A stretch of 64,000 nucleotides of DNA from the human T2T-CHM13v2.0 reference genome, Homo sapiens. Made by a program: the position numbers and the translations under genes. Shown one piece after another: positions 43,134 through 60,629 of this stretch. How positions within the stretch are numbered: position 1 is the stretch's first letter; each line of letters begins with the position of its first letter. The stretch lies in the NCBI RefSeq assembly GCF_009914755.1, contig NC_060934.1; one strand, written 5' to 3'. The notes under the pieces were generated by a model, which saw only the letters and a list, made by a program, of their open reading frames with translations, did no database searches and was not told the origin of the DNA.

Positions 43134-46100
43134 AAACAGTTGGATGTGAATGAAATGACAAACATATAATTCAGAATCTGGATGGCAAGGAAGCTCATCA
43201 AGATTCAGGAGAAAGTTGAAACCCAATCCAAGGAATGCAGTAAAATGATCCAAGAGCTGAAAGATACAATAGTAATTTTAACAAAGAACCAAACCGAACT
43301 TCTAGAGCTGAAAAATTCACTACAAGAATTTTGTAATACAATCAGAAGCATTAATAGTAAAATAGACCAAACTGAGGAAAGAATCACAGCTCAAAGACTG
43401 GCTCTTCAAATCAACCCAATCAGATAAAAATAAAGAAGAAAGAATTTTTAAAAATAAAAAAAACTCCAAGAAATATGAGATTCTGTAAAGAGACCAAATC
43501 TATGATTCACTGGCATTCCTGAGAGAGGAGAGAGATAAACAACTTGGAAAATATATTTGAGAATACAGTCCACGAAAATTTCCCTAATCTTCTTGGAGAA
43601 GTTGGTATGCAAATCCAAGAAATACAAAGGACCCTGGCTAGATACTATACAATATGACTATCCCTAAGGCACATAGTCATCAGATTCACTACAAAATAAA
43701 AAATCTTAAAGGCAGCTAGAGAGAAGAGTCAAGTCACTTACAGAGGAAACCCCATCAGGCTAACAGGAGACTTCTCAGCAGAAACCTTAAAAGCCAGAAG
43801 AAATCAGGGGACCTCTGTTTAGTGTTCCTAAAGAAAAGAAATTCCAAGTAAGATTTCATATCCTGCCAAACTAAGCTTGAAATGTGAAATAGAAATAAAA
43901 TCCTTCTCAGACAAGCAAACACTGAGAGAAGTCATTTCAATTAGACCAGCCTTACAAGAGGTCCTTAAGGGCATGCTAAACATGGAATCAAAATAACAAC
44001 ACCTGCTACCACATAAACACACTTAAGCACATATGCCACAGGCACTATAAAGCAATCACACAATCAAGCTGACAAAACAACCAGCTAACGACATAATGGC
44101 AGAATCAAAATCTCACATTTCAAAAGTAACGCTGAATGTAAATGAACTGAACACCCCACTTAAAAGGCATAAAGTGGCAAGCTGAATAAGAAGACAAGAC
44201 CCAACCATTTGCTGTCTTCAAAAGATCCATCTCACATGTAACAACACCCACAGGCTCAAAGTAAAAAGATGGAGAAACATTTACCATGCAAACAGAAAAC
44301 AAACAAACAAAAAAAAATAGCAGGAATTGTTATTCTTATATCAGATAAAATAAGTTTTAAACCAGTATAAAATAACAAGGGCAAAGAAGGGCATTACATA
44401 ATGATAAAGACTACAAGCACACAAGAAGACTTAACTATCCTAAAATATATACACACTTACATTGGGGCACTCAGATTCATAAAACAAGTTCTTCTTGGCC
44501 CACAAAAAGACTTAAGACAACCACACAACAATAGTGGGAGACTTCAACACCTCACTGATAGCATTAGACAGATCAAGGCAGAAAACTTACAAAGAAACTA
44601 TGGACTCAAATGCAACACTTAACCAATTAGACCTAATAGACATCTACAGAACACTCCACCCAACAATGACAGAATATACATTCTTCCCATATGCACACAG
44701 AACATATTCTAAGATGAACCACATGCACAGTCATAAACCAAACTTCAATAAAATCAAAAAAATTGAAATAATATCAACCATACTCTTGGACCACAGTGCA
44801 ATAAAAACAAAAACCAAAGATATCTCAAAACTACACAAATACATGGAAATTTAACAATTTGCTCCCAAATAATTCCTGTGTAAGCACTGAAATTAAGGCA
44901 GAGATTAAAAAATTCATTGAAATTAATGAAATTAGGAACAAAACATGCCAACATCTCTGGAATGCAGCTAAAACAGTATAAGAGGAAATGCCTTTGAGAA
45001 GTTAGAAAGATCTCAAATTAACAATCGAACATTGCACCTAAAGGAACTAGAAGAAAAAAGAACAAACCAACCCTAAAGCTAGCAGTTCCTCTCTAACAAT
45101 AATTACAGAAGAACCAAATGAAATTGAGATGCAAAAATCCATATGAAAAAATCAATGAAGACAAGAATTCATTCTCCAAAAAAATAAACAAGATTAACAT
45201 ATGGCTAGCTAGATTAGCAATGAAAAAAGAGAAGATCCAAGTAAGTACAATAAGAAAAGACAGCAATGACTTTACAACTGATCCCATAGAAATACAAAAT
45301 ATCCTCAGAGAATACTATGAACAACTCTATACACACAAATTAGAAAATCTAGAGGACATGAATAAATTTCTGGAATCACACAATCTGTCAAGATTGACTC
45401 AGGAAGAGATTGAAACCCTGAATGGACCAATATCAAACTCTGAAATTAAATCAGTAATTTAAAAAACCTACCAACCAAAAATAGCCCTGGAACAGATGGA
45501 TTCACAGATGAATTCTATCAGATGTACAAAGAAGAACTGGTAGCAATCCTACTGAAACTATTCCAAAAAATTGAAGAGGAGAGGCTCCTCCCTAACTTAT
45601 TTTAGGAAGCCAACATCAGCCTAATACCAAAGCCTGGCAGGAACACAGTGAAAAAATAAAAGTTTAGGCCAATATCCCTGATGACACAAAAATCCTCAAT
45701 GACATACTAACAAACTGAATCCAGCAGCACATTAAAAAGTCAATATACCAGAATCAAGTAAGCTTTAATTCCTTGGATGCAAGGCTGGTTCAACATATGC
45801 AAATCAATAAATGTGATTCACCACATTAACAGAATTAAAAGCAAAAACCATATGATTACTTCAATAAATACAGAAAAAGCTTTTGATTAAATCCAAAATG
45901 TCTTTATGATAAAAACCCTCAACAAACTAAGCACTGAAGGAACATACCTCAAAATAGTAAGAGCTATATAACAAACCCTCAGCCAACATCATACTGAAAA
46001 GGCAAAAACTGGAAGCATTCCTCTTGATAACTGGAATAAGACAACAATGTCCACTCTCACTACTGTTATTCAACATAGTACTGGAAGTGCTAGCCAGTGC

Positions 46101-47236
46101 AATCAGGCAAGAAAAAAAGAAATAAAACACAAATAGGAAAAGAAGACATCAAACTCTCTCTCTTTGCTGCCGATATGATTCTATACCTAGAAAACCCTAA
46201 AGACGCCCCAAAAGGCTACTATAAACGATCAATGATTTTAATAAGGTTTCAGGATACAAAATCAATATACACAAATCAGTAGCATTTCCAAACACCAATA
46301 ATGTCCATGCTGAGGGTGAAATTGAGAACACAATCCCATTTACAACAGCCACAAAGAAAATGAAATACCTAGGAATATAGCTAACTAAGGGGGTGAAAGA
46401 TCTCCACAAGGATAACTACAAAACACTGCTGAAATAAATCAAATAAATGAAAAAACATTCCATGCTCTGGATGGAAAGAATCAATATCATTAAAATGGAC
46501 ATACTGCCCAAAGGAATCTGCAGATTCAGTGCTACACCTATCAAACTACCAGCATCATTCTTCACAAAATTAGAAAAAGATATTCTAAAATTCATATGGA
46601 ATAACAACAAAAATGAACCCAAATAGCCAAAGCAATCCTAAGCACAAAGAACAAATGTGGAGACAGCATGCTACCCAACTTCAAATGATATTATAGGGCT
46701 ACTGTAACCAAAACAGCATGGAACTGGTATAAAAAACAGACACACAGATCCATGAAACAGAGTAGCAAACTCAAAAATACAGCCACATATTTACAACCAT
46801 CTGATCTTTGACAAGGCTGACAAAAACAAGCAATGGGGAAAGGAACTCCTATTTGATTAATGGTGCTGGGATAACTGGCTATCCATATGCAGAAGAATAA
46901 AACTAGACCCTTACCTTTCACCATATACAAAAATTAACCTAAGATGGATTAAAAATGTAAATGGAAAATCTCAAACTATAAAAATCCTAGAAGAAAACCT
47001 AGGAAATGCACTTTTCAATATTGGTCTAGGCAAAGAATTTTTGGCTAAGTCCCCAAAAGCAATTGCAACATAAACAAAAATTGATGAGTGGGACCTAATT
47101 AAACAGAAGAGCTTCTGCACAGCAAAAGAAACTATTACTAAAGAGACAACCTACACGATAGGAGAAAATATTCACAAACTTTGCATATGCCAAGGTCTAA
47201 TAGCCAGAATCTATAAGGGACTTAAATCAACAAGCA

Positions 47237-47996
47237 GCTCTTTTCTGGCTGGAACCATGGATGGTGTAGAAGAGAAGAAGAAGATGGTTCCTGCTGTGCC
47301 AGAAACCCTTAGGAAAAAGTGAAGGAATTTCACAGAGCTGAAGATCAAGTGCCTGAGAAAGAAGTTTGCCCAAAGGATGCTTCAAAAGGCAAGAAGGAAG
47401 CTTATCTACAAAAAAGCAAAGCACTATCACAAGGAATATAGGCAGATGTACAGAACTGAAATTTGAATGGCGAGGATGGCAAGAAAAGCTGGCAACTTTA
47501 ATGTACCTTCAGAACCCAAACTGGCGTTTGTCCTCAGGATCAGAGGTATCGATGGTGTTAGCCCAAAGGTCCGAAAGATGTTTCCGTTTCTTTGCCTTCA
47601 TCAAGTCTTCAATGAAACCTTTGCGAAGCTCAACAAGGCTGCAATTAATATGCTGTGGACTATAGAACCATATATTGCATGGGGGTACCCAAATATGAAG
47701 TCAGTAAATGAACTAATCTACAAGCGTGCTTATGGCAAAATCAATAAGAAGCAAATTGCTTTGACAGATAACCCTTTGATTGCTTGATCTCTCGGTAAAT
47801 ATGGCATCATCTGCACGGAGGATCTGATTCATGAGATCTATACTATTGGAAAATGCTTCAAAGAAGCAAATAACTTCCTGTGGCCCTTCAAAGTATCTTC
47901 TCCACAAGGTGGAATGAAGAAAAAGACCACCCATTTTATTTTTCTAAGCTGGTCAGTTAATAAATAGTACCTGCTCTCAAACTGAAAAAAAAAAAA
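47237..47996 (+). pseudogene. RPL7: Processed pseudogene of ribosomal protein L7
   Basis: 5'TOP-like ctctttt, ATG 47257 (MDGVEEKKKMVPAVPETL...), [11 protein letters not shown]...[10 protein letters not shown]...[19 protein letters not shown]. In-frame TGA at 47320, 47464 and 47785; C-terminal ~22 codons and stop deleted. AATAAA 47959-47964, poly(A) 47985-47996; TSD aaatcaacaagca (47224-47236) / aaataagcaagca (47994-48006). Symbol names the parent gene. Confidence 0.96.
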
Positions 47997-49349
47997 TAAG
48001 CAAGCAAAAACAATCCCATTCAAAAAGGGGCAAAGGACATTAACAGACACTTCTCAAAAGAAGACATACAAGTGGCCAAGAAACATATGAAAACATGCTC
48101 ACTGTCACTAATCATTAGAGAAATGCAAATCAAAACCACAGTGAGATACCATCTCAAAGCAGTCAGAATGGCTATTTTTAAAAAGTCAAAAAAACAAGAT
48201 ATATTGGTGAGGCTGTAGAGAAAAGGGGGCGCTTATACACTGTTTTTGGGAATGTAAGTTAGTTCAACCACTGTGGCAAGCAGTTTAGAGGTTTCTCAAA
48301 TAACTTAAAACAGAGCTACCATTCAACCCCACAATCCCATTACTAGGTATATACCCAAAGGAAAATAGATCATTATACAAAAAGACACATGTACTTCTAT
48401 GTTCATCACTGTGCTATTGAGAATAGCAAAGTCCTGGAATCAACCTAGGTATCCATCAGTGGTGGACTAGATAAAGAAAATATGGTACATATACACCATG
48501 GCATATTATGCAGCTATAAAAAAGAATCAAATCCTGTTACTTGCAGCAACATGGATGGAGCTGGAGGCCATAATCCTAAGTGAACTAACACAGGAACAGA
48601 AAACCAAGAACCATATATTTTCACTTATAAGTGGGAGCTAAACATTGAGCACACATGGACATAAACATGGGAAAAATAAACACTGTAGACTACTAGAGGA
48701 GGGAAGAACGGAGAAGGGCTTGGCTTGAAAAATCTGCCTGTTGGGTACTATGTGTACTACCTGGATGCAATATACCCATACAAGAAATCTGCACATGTAC
48801 TCCCTATATCTAAAGTAAAAGTTGAAGTTAAAAGAAATTCCCATATATTTTATAGTTCTTTTCTATACTCTATGCCATTGATCTTTTCATTTATTCCAGT
48901 GTTTTAAAACATTAGCATTACAACATAATATTTTCTAAAAATAAGCAAAGAGAAAGGGAACAGAAAAAATATTTGAAGAAACAGGGGCTGAAAGTATCTC
49001 CAAAACGATAAAATATAAAAACTAAATATTGAAAAAGCTCAAGAACCCCAAGTAAGATAAACATCAAGAGATCCAAACCTAGTATCACAGTCAAATTTTG
49101 ACAGACAAAGGCAAAGTAAACTTTTGAAAGCAAGAGAAAAACTCTTAATTATACACAGAAGAATAACAATATAATTAAAGGCTAGCTTCTAGTTAGAAAC
49201 AGTAGAGAACAGAGGGCAGTAGACTGACATATTCAAAGTACAAGGGAAAAAAAACAACTTGTCTACCAAAGTTTCTAGATCCAGCAAAAGTATACTACAA
49301 ATGCAAGGGTATAATAAAGATATACCAGATAAATAATTATTAACAAATA

Positions 49350-50984
<1,635 letters not shown>

Positions 50985-53320
50985 TTAGCACATAAACAAA
51001 AAAAAGAAAGACCTATAAATAATAACTTACCCAATACTCTATTCAGGGCATTCATCAGTCTGTGCCAAATGGTACAGAAATCCCCAGGACACAGAGTTCA
51101 GGGCAGGCAAAGAAGCTAGTAATTGAGATAGGAAATCCAGGAGAAGAAAAAGCCATAGAAAAGGGAGTTACCAGAACTAAGCATAAATTGTAAGCATACA
51201 GTTGTAATCTAAGTATAAAATCTAAGTATAAACTAACTTCCAAACTGTGAGACTCCAAAAAGTCTGGTAAAGCAACAGTTGGAAAGCTGAAAAGTCTGAA
51301 CAGAGGTTTCAGCTGCTACCTAATTCAGGGAGAGTGTGTTTTAAGTTTGAATCCTGTCAAGTTAAAGAGTTTTGATAAACATCTTTGATTCTCCAGTGTG
51401 TCTGCAGAAAGTAGTAATGCCATAGGAGTAAAGACTATGTCTCAGGACTATAGATTCACACTAAGAATAAAAGAAAAATGAAAACAGACCTGCTCTAGAA
51501 AAGTGTAAAATAAAGTCTACACTAGTTTAAGGTGATCAGCCAATAACTATGCTGTCTGCTTGAAATTAAAAAAAAAAAATCACTCTTTAGGGAACAAGAA
51601 CAAAATCCAGATTCTCCAGGGTATATCAAATATAATTTCCAGTTACAATAAAAATTACTCTACAGGGTAATAAAAATGTGACCCATAATTAAAAGAAAAA
51701 GCAGTCAATAGAAAGAAACCCCAAACTGACACAGACGTTACAAATACAGACAAGAACTTTAAAGATGATATTATAAACATAATCAAGGACTATAGGAAAG
51801 AATGATCATGATGAATGAAAAGATGGAAAATCTAAGTAAAAAAGATTATAAAAAATAACCAAGTGGAAACTCTAGAAATGAAAAGTACAACATGTGAAAT
51901 AAAAAAGTAAATAGATGAGATTAATAGAAGACTGAAGCCATCCCCAAGAAAAGGTCACCAATTTGAAAACAGAACAATAGAACAACCTTAAAGACCACAG
52001 AGAAAAAAAGACAGGACAAAATGAATAGAGTTTCAATAGAGTTAACAATATCAAATAGTTGGCCATATGTGTAATTAGAATCTCAAAAAGAGAAAAGTAT
52101 GAAATTGTGGGGGGAAATTATGAAAAAAAAATGGATGAAAACTTCCCAAATTTGATTTAAAAACATTGACTTTTAGATCCAAGAAGCTCAATAAACCAAA
52201 TTAGGAAAAACATAAAGAGAACCACACACAGCACATAGTAAAATAGCCAAACCAAAGGTAATAAGAAAATCTTGACAGCAGCCAGAGCAAAATGACACAT
52301 CACATATAAAGGAGGAATGATGCAAAGGAAAACTGACTCCTCACTGTAAAGAAGAAAAGGCCAAGAGGAAAGTAAGACATTTAAAAAATAAAAAGCAAAA
52401 ACTATCAACTTAGAATTCTATAGCTTGGTAAGATACCCTTCAAAAATGAAAGTGAAATAAAGACATCTCCATATGAACAAATGCAGAGAGGATTTATCTT
52501 GAAAAAACACACACTTCATGCCAAAGAAGTTATCTGGTGAAGAGAAATAATACCAGATGGAAATTCAAACATATAAAGAGAAATAAAGGGGACTGGAAAT
52601 GATAAATATATAGATAATTTTAACAGATGGTATTTTCCATCTTTTATTAATTTCTTGAAAAAAAAAACAAACTGCCTATATATACTTAACACTACTAAAC
52701 TATACACTTAAAAATGGTTATGATCATAAATTTTATAATTTATTTTTACCACAATAAAAATTGGTAGTTTAATGAAAAAATTATAATATTATATTGTGGG
52801 GATTATAATATATGTAAATGTAAAATACATGACAACAGTACCAAAAAGGATGGGTGAGAAGTTAAATAAAATTATGCCGTTGCAAAACTTTTCCATTGTA
52901 TGGAAGTAGTATAATATTAACTCTAAGTAGATTGTGATAAGTTGAAGACCCATATTGTAATCTCTAGAGCAACCACTAAAAAACAGTACAAAAAGTTATA
53001 GCTAAAAAGACATTAGAAGAATTAAAATAAAACATTTAAAGATTTGATTAGCCCAAAATAAAGCAGGAATTTAAAAAACAGAAGAAAAACAAAACAGACA
53101 GGACAAAGGAAACAACAAAACGACACCTAGAATCCCACTTCCAATCATGTTGGTACTACACCAGCCCTCCTGACATAAGCAACTATAAACTTGAACAAAA
53201 TATTTGCTGAAACCATTTTCAGGGAGTGGGCAATAGATAGGACATGATTACAACCCTTGAAAGAAAGGAAACTAATGATGTGAGCATCTAGCTCTTACTG
53301 GACACAATTTCCTGAATTAA

Positions 53321-53657
<337 letters not shown>

Positions 53658-54295
53658 AGAGTTGCAGTCTTAGCAGATCAAAGTGATCCCACTGACCTGA
53701 GGCAGCAGAAATTAGAGTTCAGGCTGGTGAAAGTCACTGTAATCTACGAGACAAGACATCAGAGAAAAGGTGGCTATGAAGAGAAGGGAGACCCAGGAGT
53801 TTACATGGAAAATTGCATGTGATTCCTAACTTAATTCACAGTTAGATAGTGCTAGGTTTATCAGATAGCAGATATTACAGAGTTGAGAAGGGAACAGAGA
53901 TATTAGAAGAAAAGCAATGTTAGAGTAAAAGCAGAGTTCCTGGCCCTATCAGAACAGAGCGATCTTGTTAATAACTTTAATAACACTGCTGGCATTCAGT
54001 TGAGACATCAAAATGCTACACTATAGAAGTAAAAGCCAAGCTCTAGTTTAGATCTCCCCTAAATCCACACTAACAAGGTCTGAAACCAAGTACTGATGAG
54101 ATCCACAACAGAGACACAGTTTGCAAGTTAAGTCCTATTAAAATAGAGGGACCTGAAGAAACACCTCAAGATCACAGATCTTCCACAGATCTGTACTAAC
54201 AAAGCATAAAACCAAGCCCACAATAGTTTAAGGTGACCACCCAGTAACTGAATTGCCTGTTAAAATAAGAATCAATACTATTCAGAGGAAGATAA

Positions 54296-54632
<337 letters not shown>

Positions 54633-57600
54633 TACTCTACAATATTTTTAATTGTAATGTCGGTATTCAATTAAAAATTCACCAGATACATAAGAAACAT
54701 ATACCAGCTATATATGGAAAATGTTATCCATAGTCAAAAATAAATAAATAAACCAAAAAAGCATTTTAATTGGTCAACAGAAACCAAATCAGAAATGGCC
54801 CAGATGTTGGACTTAGCAGACAAAGACATTCGAGCAGCTATTGTAAATATGTAAAGAATTAAAGGAAAATGTAGTTTTAGTAAGTTAAGAGATTAACAGT
54901 GGAGAAATGGCAACTAAATACACATACAAGGGACCAAATAAAATACTAGAACTGGAATTAAAAACTCACTAGATGGGCTTAAAAGCAGGTTGTAGAAGAA
55001 AGAGAAGTGAGCTTGAGGACAAGTCAATAAAAATAATACACTTTGAAGAAGAGAGGGAAGAAATTATTGGAAAATATAAAAGCCTCACGGATATTTGGAA
55101 CAATATAAAATGACCTAATATAATTGAGTCCTGAAGGAAACTGGAGCTGATAAAATATTGGAAAAAATAACGGCCAAAAATTTCCTAATTTTGGTGAAAA
55201 ACACCCACTGTAAACCTTAAAATCCAAAGACTGAAACTCACAAGTATGTTATCTTACCACAAAATTAAATTGAAAATCAATAATACTGAGATATCTAGAT
55301 AATCTCCTAGTAGTTACAAATTAAATAACATATTTCTAAATAACCCATGGGTCAGGGAAGAAATCAGAAGAAAAATTAGAATGTATTTCTAACTGAATAA
55401 TAATAACATAATGTATCAAAATTTGTGGGATGCAGCCAGAACAGTGTTTGAAGAAGGGAACTTACAGCTTTAAGCGCCTATATTAGAGACAAGAAAAATA
55501 TTTAAAATCAATTATCTAAATCTCCACCTTAACAAGCTAGAGAAGGAAGGGCAAATTAAATCCAAAGTAAGTAGTAAGACAGGAATAATAAAGATCAGAG
55601 TTGAAATCAGCAAACAATAGAACAAATTAATAAAATCCAAAGTTTTTCTTTTAAAGAATTAATAAAACTAATAAGCACCTAGCAAGAATAAGGAAAAAGA
55701 CTTTAAGAACACAAATTAACAATATCAGGAATAAAAGCAGACATCACTACAGATCCTATAGACATTAAAAGAACAATATGGAACTATTATAAACAACTTT
55801 ATGGCAAAACATTTGGTAACTTAAATGAAATGAACAAATTCCTTTAAAAAAAAACTACAACTTAACAAAATTAACTCATGAAAAAACAGATCTGAATATT
55901 CCCATACATATTAGAGAAACTAAATATATAATAAAAATTTCCCAAAGAGAAAACTTCAGGTGCAATTGGGTTCACTGGTAAATTCAACCTTGAAGGAAGG
56001 CTTAACATCAATAGTACACAAATGCTTTCTGAAAATAAAGGAGAAAAGAATGCTTTCACCTCATTTTATGAGACTGCTTAAGCCTGATGCAAAAATCTGA
56101 CAAGCTGTTAATCTGAGAAGAAAAAAAGGTTATAAACCAATAGCCCAAATCCTCAACTAAGTTCTGGGAAGGGTGGTCTTTTCAACAAATGTTGCTGGAA
56201 CAATTGAATAAACATAAGGGAAAAGTGAATATTAATCTCCCTAAAAATTAGTTGATGTGAAATGGATCATAAACTTCATCGTAAGAGCTAAAGCTATTAC
56301 ATGTGTAGAAGAAAACAAAGGAGAAAAAATTTTATGCCCTTGGGAGTAGACAACAATTTCTTAAATGGGACACAGAGAGCATTAACCATAAAATAAAATT
56401 TTGATAAACTGGATTTTATCATAATCAAAACTTTCTACTCTATAAAACTGAAAACAAGTTAGAAGTTAACATGAGAAATCATATATCAATTGTAGGATAT
56501 TCATACAATGGAAAACAACCCAGAAATTTTTTAAGTGAACTACTGATACATACAGCAAAGTAGATGAGTATTGAGAACGTTAGGTTAAGCTTAAACAAGA
56601 AACAAAAGAGTACGTATGAAGTATATGAACAGGTGAAATAATCTATAGTGACAGGTTGCCTTTGGGAGGTGAGGATTTGCTGGAAAGAAATGATAAGGGG
56701 ACTTTCTGGGTGATGAAAATGTTCTAGATCTTGACTGAGGTGGTGGTTACATAGGTGTATAATTTTATCAAAACTAATCAAATTGTACATGTAAGATGTT
56801 TGCATTTTACCACATATAAATTTTACTTCAATTTTTTAAAGTTACAATATGGGAAAAACTTTCAGTTCCTACCAATTTATGTAATTTTGTATCTAGATTT
56901 CAGTAAGTACCAAGCACTAAATAAAATAACAGCAAGTGACTCATGTGCCTTACCTGAACCAAACTACAGACCATAACATAGCTAAAATGAAAGATTCTAA
57001 AATCCTCCCATTTAATACTCTACAGATTAGGAAAGGTATATTCAGAATTTGTTTGTGAATATACACAAAAGGAGGGTAGGCAACAGCATGGGATTTGATC
57101 TGTCATCTGCTTCTTCCCTTAACCACCGCCCAACAATGCTAAACTTCCAAGAAAAACCCACCTGACCTCTGTGGAGATCAAAAAATGCCTATAAGCTTTT
57201 CAGACATTGCCACCATAAGTTGGGGATAACTCCACACTCAGTTTGTCAACAAGACAACAACCAGGTCCAATCCAGAAGCAGTTGCTTCCTCAGTAGACCC
57301 ATCAAGTTCATTCAAGTCAGGAAGACTGACCTTTCCCAACATTAACCCAGGATTCTAATCAAGCTGACATGGTGATGAACTTATTTTGTCCAGCTGGCTG
57401 CAAAAATACACGCATGAATTCTTTCTGTTCACTCTCATGCTATCCTTTCCCGCCCCTCTTCCTGTTTCTTTTCTTTTCATTCATGCACAAACAGTCACAT
57501 TGTCTTACAAGACAAGTGAACGCTGAATCTTATGGGTTAAAAAAAACAGATGTCTTCCAATTTTCCTTCGCAAAACCATATTTTATATTGGGTTCTTCTA

Positions 57601-58509
57601 TGGATTTATAGCCAGTGAAGGGATGTTACTACATTAGCTCATGGAGGGGAATGATAAAAACTGTAAAGGAAGAGTCAGACAAGGCAAAGAGAAGCTATCC
57701 AGAAGGCTGCAATTGGAGAAGCATGACAAATGGGCAGCACAGTTTTAGAGGGTTCCGGCAGAAAGGCAGATTGCCTGACTGGGAGAGATTCTCCACAGCT
57801 GGAGCATCACACACACCATCTGGAATTTTTTAAATCTGCTTTCCCCAGGTGATCTGATTCTCAGAGTGCCAGTAGAGATGAGAAAAGGGGGGAATTGTAT
57901 AGCTCAAAACAGCTTCAAATGTTCCCCAAATTAGTTAATGAAATCTTGTTTGAATCAGTTTCAGCTTCTCCTCCAAACTGAGCCTCTAGTTTTGTGTTGT
58001 CACTTCCATTTCCTCACAAAGACCTGAATGTTTGGAGTCTCACCCCTAAACGTTTCCTGTACCAAGGAGCAAAACAGGATTCCCAGCATGGTAGCCAAAA
58101 ATGGCACTCAAACTTTTGGATCTGATCCAAATTTCCCAATACCAGCCAACAAAGCTTCATTTTCATATTCACTCCTCTTGACTAGTCTTAGCACTTCGTT
58201 TAGGTATTGCCAAATGGAGAGCCTACATACTGAGATCCTCAGCTCTTTCCAAGATGATCCAAACTCTATATTTTAAGCAGTAAAAGAAAATATGATTTTA
58301 AAAACTAAGAGCAACCAGTAACTGTCATAATAATGAAAGACTTTGATTTTTCTTTTTTTCACAAACATATATGTGTTTGTGAATTTGAAGGTGGAGTTGG
58401 GTGGGGATGTGTGAAAGAGAAAGAAGAATAGAGCTTACTTGGAAATGGGGGCAAGGGAAGAAATAAAAGGTAACAGGAAAGAAATTCTGCCTCAGTCTGC
58501 TACCCACCT

Positions 58510-58817
58510 TTTTGGAGGGGAGATAGTAATTATTTTAGGCTTTGTGAGCCATATGGGCTCTGTTACAACTATTCAACTTTGCTGTTGTAGCATAAAAGCA
58601 ACCATAGACAATATGTAAATGAATGAGCATGGCTGTGTTCCAATTTATGAATACTGAAATTTGGATTTCATATACTTTTCACATGTCATGAAATATTATC
58701 CTTCCTTTGATTTTTTTCAATCATATAAAAATGTTAAAACCATTCTCAGTTTGCAGACCATACTAAAACAGGAAGCAGGCCAGATTTGGCCCATGGGCCA
58801 TAGTTTACCAATCCTTG
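58510..58817 (+). mobile_element. MER58B (hAT-Charlie)
   Basis: attttaggctttgtgagccatatgg...gcaaccatagacaatatg...cagatttggcccatgggccatagtttaccaatcc. Confidence 0.85.
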
Positions 58818-59882
58818 TAACATACCAGTAAAGACCATTATACAAGTTTCAGCTTTAGAATTCCACAATGGTTGCAGTAAGAGTCTTACATGGTATCTTA
58901 CCCAGAATAGATTTTTTTAAGTGTTCAATTCTACTAAGAAGAACTGTGAATTTTTCGCTCTCAGGATCAGCAGATGTCTGGAAGTCTAAATAAATATATA
59001 TCTGAAATAAATTTCTTCACTACTTTCAAACTTTCAAAAATTCTCTACTTGCCCATTCTTTTTATACATTTTCTTTCATTCTCATTGGCATAAAGAAAAA
59101 GTAGTCTCTTGGTGATCATGGGCATTTTCAAGTATTTACTAGTGTTTATTTTGGTATTAATAAAGGCTAATACAGGTACCAGTACCTTTCTTTTCTCTCT
59201 CCTTTTTTAAATAAAAATATTAACATGTCCCCCCAAATAAATCAGCATATCTATCTTAATAGATTTATTTTCTGGGAACGACAAATGCATGTCATTTTCA
59301 AAGAGAAAAACAGTTAGGCACAAAAAAATACACAAGAGCAGCACAAAATTTATAACTGTTAAGTGTTTGCAAATATTTTTAACAGTTCTCACTAAAGGGA
59401 CTACACATAGATAAAGATACCAGGACATAAGCTGATAGAGCTAATAAATATGGTCTTGCTCTTAAAAAATGTACAGTCTAGTTGTAGAAGCATAAAAGAC
59501 ATACAAAAGAGTAATATAATAACTGCAAATACTTCACATAATTCAACATATATGAAAATTTATAACAATATAAAATTCTATATTGACATAATAAAAATAA
59601 AAACCTACAGAAATTGTAATTAGAAATATGCCATAAAAAGCAATAATATAATACAACATCTCCCCACACACACACACACACAAATAAACCTATGGATATA
59701 AAAGAATAATTATTCAAAAAGAAAAAGAGGACAATCATTTAAAATATAGTAAAATATGGGAAATAAATAACAAAAGACATAAGAAAAGGATAATATGGGC
59801 ATAAAAGAATGTCCTTGAGGCATATATTTGGGGACATATTTTTATGTGTAATGTCAACTATGTATTAAACAATTTAAGCTTA

Positions 59883-60629
<747 letters not shown>

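Larger units (their letters stand above)
40787..48835 (+). mobile_element. Full-length L1PA17-like (L1PA15-17 age) LINE-1 carrying an AluY and an RPL7 retrocopy
   Basis: 5' ggaagttccaagatggc (YY1-like motif); GC-rich 5'UTR; ORF1 remnant 43182..43427; ORF2 EN (44534..44854, GDFNTSL...LDLIDIYRTLHP) and RT (SLFAADMILYLENPKD); 3' end ctacctggatgcaatatacccat...aaagttgaagttaaaa; TSD core aattccca (40777-40784 / 48836-48843). ORFs disrupted. Confidence 0.88.

Noticed and set aside
47467-47787. 106-aa RPL7 internal ORF
   Set aside because: Interval between two nonsense codons in a pseudogene.
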